This document shows positions 57,717 to 64,000 of a DNA stretch of 64,000 nucleotides, piece after piece; position 1 is the stretch's first letter; every line of letters starts with the position of its first letter. This DNA comes from Eledone cirrhosa (Eukaryota). The stretch is taken from NCBI GenBank assembly GCA_964016885.1, contig OZ024741.1:379378001-379442000 (forward strand), in the 5' to 3' direction. The translations under genes were made by a program, and so were the position numbers. Below the pieces are notes generated by a model, which had not been told where the DNA came from, did not search any database, and saw nothing but the letters and a program-made list of their open reading frames with translations.

Positions 57717-58020
57717 TAGCCAACACACTGGTAGCGTTACCGCAGTTGATGGCGAGACTAAGGCAAGATACTGGAACAACAAAGCACCCTCACGGCCATC
57801 ACTGGATACCTTGGTAAGGGGACCCATCACAATGACAAGAGCTTCAGTGTCAGCATCCAACTCCTCCAAACGTCACGAAGACCACAGGCTGCGAACATCA
57901 GTTTTGCTTTAGAATAGATAAACGTATCGTGAGTCCCATCATCTGGCCTCCGGCTTAACTCCTCTATTCCTGTCCCATAAATAACAATAGACCTTTTATG
58001 TTGCGCCTCCCCATCCTGCA
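57716..58020 (-). pseudogene. Possible CRE/NeSL-like LINE C-terminal remnant
   Basis: DGREGALLFQYL..AINCGNATSVL resembles the FLFQRxSxAIQRGNA terminus of RLE-bearing elements. Confidence 0.4.
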
Positions 58021-58156
58021 TTATGCTACTTTCTTCTCCCTTTCATAAAATTAAATGACGACTATCAAACCATGTTTTACATTTTGCTTTGAAGCACTGC
58101 ATTTAAAAAAAAATTCTGCCAGTTGCACGAGTGTAAAGACATACGACAATACCCAA

Positions 58157-58500
58157 GTCTTCTTCTTCTTCTTCTTCTTCTTCTTCTTCTTCTTCTTCTT
58201 CTTCTTCTTCTTCTTCTTCTCCTTCTTCTTTTTCTTCTTCTTCTTCTTCTTCTTCTTCTTCTTCTTCTTCTTCTTCTTCTTCTTCTTCTTCTTCTTCTTC
58301 TTCTTCTTCTTCTTCTTCTTCTTCTTCTTCTTCTTCTTCCACCCATAGATGTGAGAGTCGTGGGGACAGAGTCCTTAAACACTCCTTCCAGCGAGACACT
58401 CCCCAAGCGAGACCAGCCCAACTCATGGCTGTTATCCAACCATCTTGCTTAGGGTCTACCTTTGGATCTCCTACCAGTTGGTTTTGTCTTTTGAATAAGA
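58157..58500 (-). mobile_element. RTE-like 3' remnant with a long (GAA)n tail
   Basis: Reverse complement matches 34350-34500 (RPKARWMDNSHELGWSR); (TTC)n at 58157-58339. Confidence 0.55.
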
Positions 58501-58619
58501 TCAAAGTGTATATCTGTTCTTATGAGCTCAATATGTGATGCGATCTCTATATGGGATGATCGATATTAAACTTGTTTTGGGAAGTAGGAAAAGAATTAGG
58601 AGCGTGCTCCGACTTTGTA

Positions 58620-58671
<52 letters not shown>

Positions 58672-58675
<4 letters not shown>

Positions 58676-59298
58676 GTTAAAATACTGGAGCGTGTTGGAG
58701 TTAAACACCCTCTTCGTATTATAGAAATTACAGTAAAAGGTATAGCTCAATGTAGTTAAACAGAGCCGGAAAAATAAGAGAGTAAAACAAAGAAGCCTTC
58801 AATACATCAAAAGTCTTCATTAGCCGACAATGTTTCGTCCTATTAACGACTCATCAGGGCAATTAAAACAACAAGAAGTAATATCGGCAGATACAAGCCG
58901 GAAGCTCCGAAGAATATGGAGTGTACATACACTAAATTATTGCAAAAATATATAATAAAAATAATAAAAATATATAATAAAAATTACTAAGGATGTATAT
59001 AACATTAAGAACCATATTACAAATATAGTCCAAAGCAAAAAAAACCTAGAGCTAAACAAAGGTGGTTATATAGAGCAGGAATTATATATAATACAATGTA
59101 ATATAATATAATATAATATAATATACCTTTACCAACAATAAAATTACAATAAATATCAAAAGGTACAATATGCATATGTATATATGTGCGCACACGTACA
59201 CACACATACACATACAACAATACACACATCCATCTTCAACTGCACAAATTAAACCTTATTAAGAGTTTGAATATAAAAATAAGCATGATAGGAATGAA

Positions 59299-59336
<38 letters not shown>

Positions 59337-61572
59337 ATCTACCCAATATACATGAGGTAATAATATGATATAATTATAAGTAGCACATATAATAAATAAT
59401 AAATAATACAATTATATACTATATAATACAATATAATAGAATAGATAATCTCCGGTTAATTTACACAAACAATATAGATATCACAATAATAATATAATAA
59501 TAATATACTGACATTTATAATAAACAATATATAATGGTACTCAAGTTAACAAATCAATTCATATTGGGTTACAGAGTAGGTGAGGAAAAATAAATTGTAC
59601 AATAACCCCCGAAAATATGTTGATGGTACAAAAGTACAAACATCTTACATGATATATAAAGTTTAACATATCATAATGTTATATATAATTAACGGTAAGT
59701 AATAAGGATCAATATTACAATAAAAAATACAATATAATATAATATATTATATAAAATAAATAAACATAATATAATATATAATAACTTATAATTACAAGGT
59801 TGGTAGACAGACATGTATATGCAAAGGGGCATAAAAAATAGTCGATATACTATATTACATAATAGAAAGGAGCGTAAAAGAGGGCGGGGCGGTTAAATAT
59901 AATCATAGTCAATTTGGAGGGGTTGATAATAAGTTTATGTGCGCATGGAGGGGAAGGGGGGGTTCCAAAGAAGAATCCGAATAAAAATTTAAAAAAAAGA
60001 AGAAAATAAAATAAATAGCGTAAAATATATAATCTTATATACATTCATAAGGTGTAATAGTGAAAATTTAATGCGTAAGAAGATAGATATGGTACAGTAG
60101 CCAAAAGATTATGAGAGCTAGAATAAAGAGTCATCAAAAACCAATGATAATAATGATGATAATAATAATGTTGGCAAACAAAAGAACCTAAACTAAAAAA
60201 TAAATAATGGAATATATCAGCTAATGGGTACAATTTGTACTACTAGAACGTTTAGGTTTATAATAAAAGTATGAATTAGAAATAGCGTGGGGGCAAGAAG
60301 AGAATATCTCGGACTTTCTATTAAGTAAGGATGCGCTAGAGAAGATTATAGAGTGTGTCTCGAGGATACAGAGATTACAAAACTTAGTATGTGTAGAAAG
60401 GTGGTTAGAGCGTGCTACTAAACGCCAGTTAAGGCTATATGGTATATTAGCTCCCTTAAGATCCCAGATATAATGTGCTAAAGAAGTAGAATTCTTAAAC
60501 TTAACATGCTTGAAATTGGAGATATGAGAGTTAAACCTAGTCTTAAAAGTGTTAGATGTAGAGCCTATATAAGTTCTATTAGAGGAATTAGTTATAACTT
60601 CGCAAGCATAGACAATGTTCTTAGAAAGGCAGTTACCGTTTAAAGGGCAGTTAGCACTCACTTTACAATTGCACTTCCGGGTGTTATTGGTTGGCTCAAG
60701 TGGTGATGCATTACACGTAGGATTGCTATTAGATAAGGACTGTTCTGGTGGTAATGCATTGCCAGATCTATTCAGACTAGTAGTATGTAGAGAGGAGAAT
60801 CCATCCCTAATTTTCCTATTGTTAGTGCTAGCTAAATGAGAACTAATATTAGGGGTGGTAGAGAATGAAAGTTTAATAACATTTTTATTAAAAATACTAT
60901 GGTATTTATGCGAAGGGGGAAATTTTTTCTCTAAGATAGAGAAGAAAGACCTAGGGATATTAGTTGATACTTCTTGATTATATGGCGAGTTAAAATAAGT
61001 ATTTAATCGCCTTCTATTTTTTTTCTAACCGACTCTACCATTATCAAATGTCCCACCATCGAGACTAGAGTTACTACAAGGATTAGTTAAAGCCGCATTA
61101 ATAGAATCAGCCACAATTTCATTAAGTCTATTACAGTTTTTACCTCCAGTAGATCTGCTGCTGTCCGGAATCCCATCATAAGGATTAGGGCCAATGATAG
61201 GATCAGTAGGAGCAACATTATTAGAATAAGATCCAGCAAAATTATCACCAATGTGTGAGCGCTCAGGGGGTTCAACTTGTTTCCTAGAGGTATTATATTC
61301 ACTATTACGAGTCCGGTGGGTTAACTTATGGATGGGTTCAGATACACCTATATAATTTTTACGGTTACTATGTTTGCTACTCCCATTCATGGCCATGTTA
61401 TGTGATATTATGTTATTATTATTAAAAGTAGACGGAGACTTTTTAAGGTTACTATTATTATAGTGTATTTCAAATATCCCACCATCGAGACTAGGGTTAC
61501 TACAAGGATTACTTAAAGCCGCATTCATAGAATCAGCCAAAATTTCATTAAGTCTATTACAGTTTCTACCTC
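58672..61572 (-). mobile_element. Naiad-type PLE, left copy (thumb, GIY-YIG 60221-60680, long 3' UTR, HHR)
   Basis: KCNCKVSANCPLNGNCL..IVY..YIGST..FKTRFNSH..IWDLK..CNLCILE..LLNRKSE..CPH; ends at (TA)n 58621-58671. Confidence 0.9.
58823..58860 (-). ncRNA. Canonical minimal type I hammerhead
   Basis: GCCC-TGATGA read as GCC-CTGATGA-GTC gttaatag GAC-GAAA-C att G-TC-GGC. Confidence 0.85.
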
Positions 61573-61573
61573 A

Positions 61574-63963
61574 GGTTAATTTTAACCTATGGGGGAACAC
61601 TAAGGAAGTTATAGATTGGTTCTCCGGGATTAATAGACTTGAATCTAATAAGCTTATCCAATTCGATATTGATGCCTACTACACAGCAATTTCACCCATC
61701 CTCCTCAATAAAGCTTTAATGTTGGCCATGAGAGTGTCCAGTCTTACACGATCACAGGTAGATATTATACTAGCAGCCCATAAAACTATTATTAAATTTG
61801 AGGACACATTTTGGACCCGTAAAAACACGCCCAATAATTTCGACGTTACAATGGGTTCGAGTGATTCGGCCCAGGTTACTGATCTTGATGGGTTGTTCCT
61901 CCTTAATGAACTATATGCTACCTTCCCGCACCTTGTAGGCGGACTATATCGTGATGATGCATTGTTTGTAATTAACTCTAGCACTAACAATGTAGAACAT
62001 AATAAGAAGAAGCTTTATAAGTTTTTTAAAAGCTATAACCTTTCGATCACGATAGGTAGAAATGATAGAGCGGTTAACTTTTTAGATGTGACTTTGGACT
62101 TGGTCACTAATAGTTTTAAACCCTTCCATAAGCCTAATGAAATACTTTCTTATGTTAGTCCCAATTCTACCCCCCCCCCCCAAGTCTATGATAAGCTCTA
62201 TAATTAAGGGTGTATCTAATAGGATTTCCACACTCGCTAAGGACGTAGGAACATTCAATGAACATGCGGATTACTATAATAATGCCCTAGCAAATTCAGG
62301 TTACTCTAGTAAAATACACTATAATAATAGTAACCTTAGAATGTCTCCGTCTACTTTTAATAATAATAACATAATATCACATAACATGGCCATGAATGGT
62401 AGTAGCAAACATAGTAACCGTAAAAATTATATAGGTGTATCTGAACCCATCCATAAGTTAACCCACCGGACTCGTAATAGTGAATATAATACCTCTAGGA
62501 AACAAGTTGAACCCCCTGAGCGCTCACACATTGGTGATAATTTTGCTGGATCTTATTCTAATAATGTTGCTCCTACTGATCCTATCATTGGCCCTAATCC
62601 TTATGATGGGATTCCGGACAGCAGCAGATCAACTGGAGGTAGAAACTGTAATAGACTTAATGAAATTGTGGCTGATTCTATTAATGCGGCTTTAACTAAT
62701 CCTTGTAGTAACTCTAGTCTCGATGGTGGGATATTTGATAATGGTAGAGTCGGTTAGAAAAAAAATAGAAGGCGATTAAATACTTATTTTAACCCGTCAT
62801 ATAATCAAGAAGTATCAACTAATATCCCTAGGTCTTTCTTCTCTATCTTAGAGAAAAATTTCCCCCTTCGCATAAATACCATAGTATTTTTAATAAAAAT
62901 GTTATTAAACTTTCATTCTCTACCACCCCTAATATTAGTTCTCATTTAGCTAGCACTAACAATAGGAAAATTAGGGATGGATTCTACTCTCTACATACTA
63001 CTAGTCTGAATAGATCTGGCAATGCATTACCACCAGAACAGTCCTTATCTAATAGCAATCCTACGTGTAATGCATCACCACTTGAGCCAACCAATAACAC
63101 CCGGAAGTGCAATTGTAAAGTGAGTGCTAACTGCCCTTTAAACGGTAACTGCCTTTCTAAGAACATTGTCTATGCTTGCGAAGTTATAACTAATTCCTCT
63201 AATAGAACTTATATAGGCTCTACATCTAACACTTTTAAGACTAGGTTTAACTCTCATATCTCCAATTTCAAGCATGTTAAGTTTAAGAATTCTACTTCTT
63301 TAGCACATTATATCTGGGATCTTAAGGGAGCTAATATACCATATAGCCTTAACTGGCGTTTAGTAGCACGCTCTAACCACCTTTCTACACATACTAAGTT
63401 TTGTAATCTCTGTATCCTCGAGACACACTCTATAATCTTCTCTAGCGCATCCTTACTTAACAGAAAGTCCGAGATATTCTCTTCTTGCCCCCACGCTATT
63501 TCTAATTCATACTTTTATTATAAACCTAAACGTTCTAGTAGTACAAATTGTACCCATTAGCTGATATATTCCATTATTTATTTTTTAGTTTAGGTTCTTT
63601 TGTTTGCCAACATTATTATTATCATCATTATTATCATTGGTTTTTGATGACTCTTTATTCTAGCTCTCATAATCTTTTGGCTACTATACCATATCTATCT
63701 TCTTACGCATTAAATTTTCACTATTACACCTTATGAATGTATATAAGATTATATATTTTACGCTATTTATTTTATTTTATTCTTTTTTTTATTTTTATTC
63801 GGATTCTTCTTTGGACCCCCCCCCTTCCCCTCCATGCGCACATAAACTTATTATCAACCCCTCCAAATTGACTAGGATTATATTTAACCGCCCCCCCCCC
63901 TCTTTTACGCTCCTTTCTATTATGTAATATAGTATATCGACTATTTTTTATGCCCCTTTGCAT
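61574..63963 (+). mobile_element. Naiad-type PLE, right copy (frameshifted RT + GIY-YIG, 61574-63560)
   Basis: LWGNTKEVIDWF, FDIDAYYTAI, FDVTMGSSDSAQVTDL, GGLYRDDAL, NFLDVTLDL; 62312-63963 is the reverse complement of 59817-61470. Confidence 0.92.
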
Positions 63964-64000
63964 CCTCCATATATTTCTTCATTTCTGTCCCTATTAGCCT

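Noticed and set aside
60221-63560. Selenocysteine (in-frame TGA) in Naiad endonucleases, as reported for some Naiads
   Set aside because: The conserved Cys positions I could read (CNC, CPL, CL, CxLC, CPH) use TGY codons here; no TGA appears at those positions in the 53.6-kb and 39-kb copies either, and I identified no SECIS

Overview
AT-rich, gene-free animal DNA. The tRNA-derived SINE resembles the Nin-domain SINEs I know from octopus, so a cephalopod source is my inference. No host protein gene is supportable, and nearly all short ORFs in the track are microsatellite translations. The window is dominated by Penelope-like retroelements (PLEs) packed into (TA)n tracts. These include one near-intact RT+GIY-YIG element (12388-16178, frameshifted in an Asn-rich linker) and about ten Naiad-type fragments, many with inverted pseudo-LTRs. 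It also holds decayed R4-like, RTE-like, CRE-like and piggyBac-like remnants, a 3954-bp near-perfect tandem duplication, and a 9-kb array of ~617-bp monomers with 6-mer higher-order structure. The main hidden signal is RNA structure. Reading both strands by eye gives more than 20 type I hammerhead ribozyme (HHR) motifs from about a dozen unrelated repeat families, nearly all close to a (TA)n junction. Several have non-canonical cores: a U3-A8 swap in four families, U4A in one family, and ~90-nt stem II inserts. Each satellite monomer also carries one HHR-like motif, which suggests a retrozyme-like array. All folds were derived manually and none has been tested computationally or biochemically.
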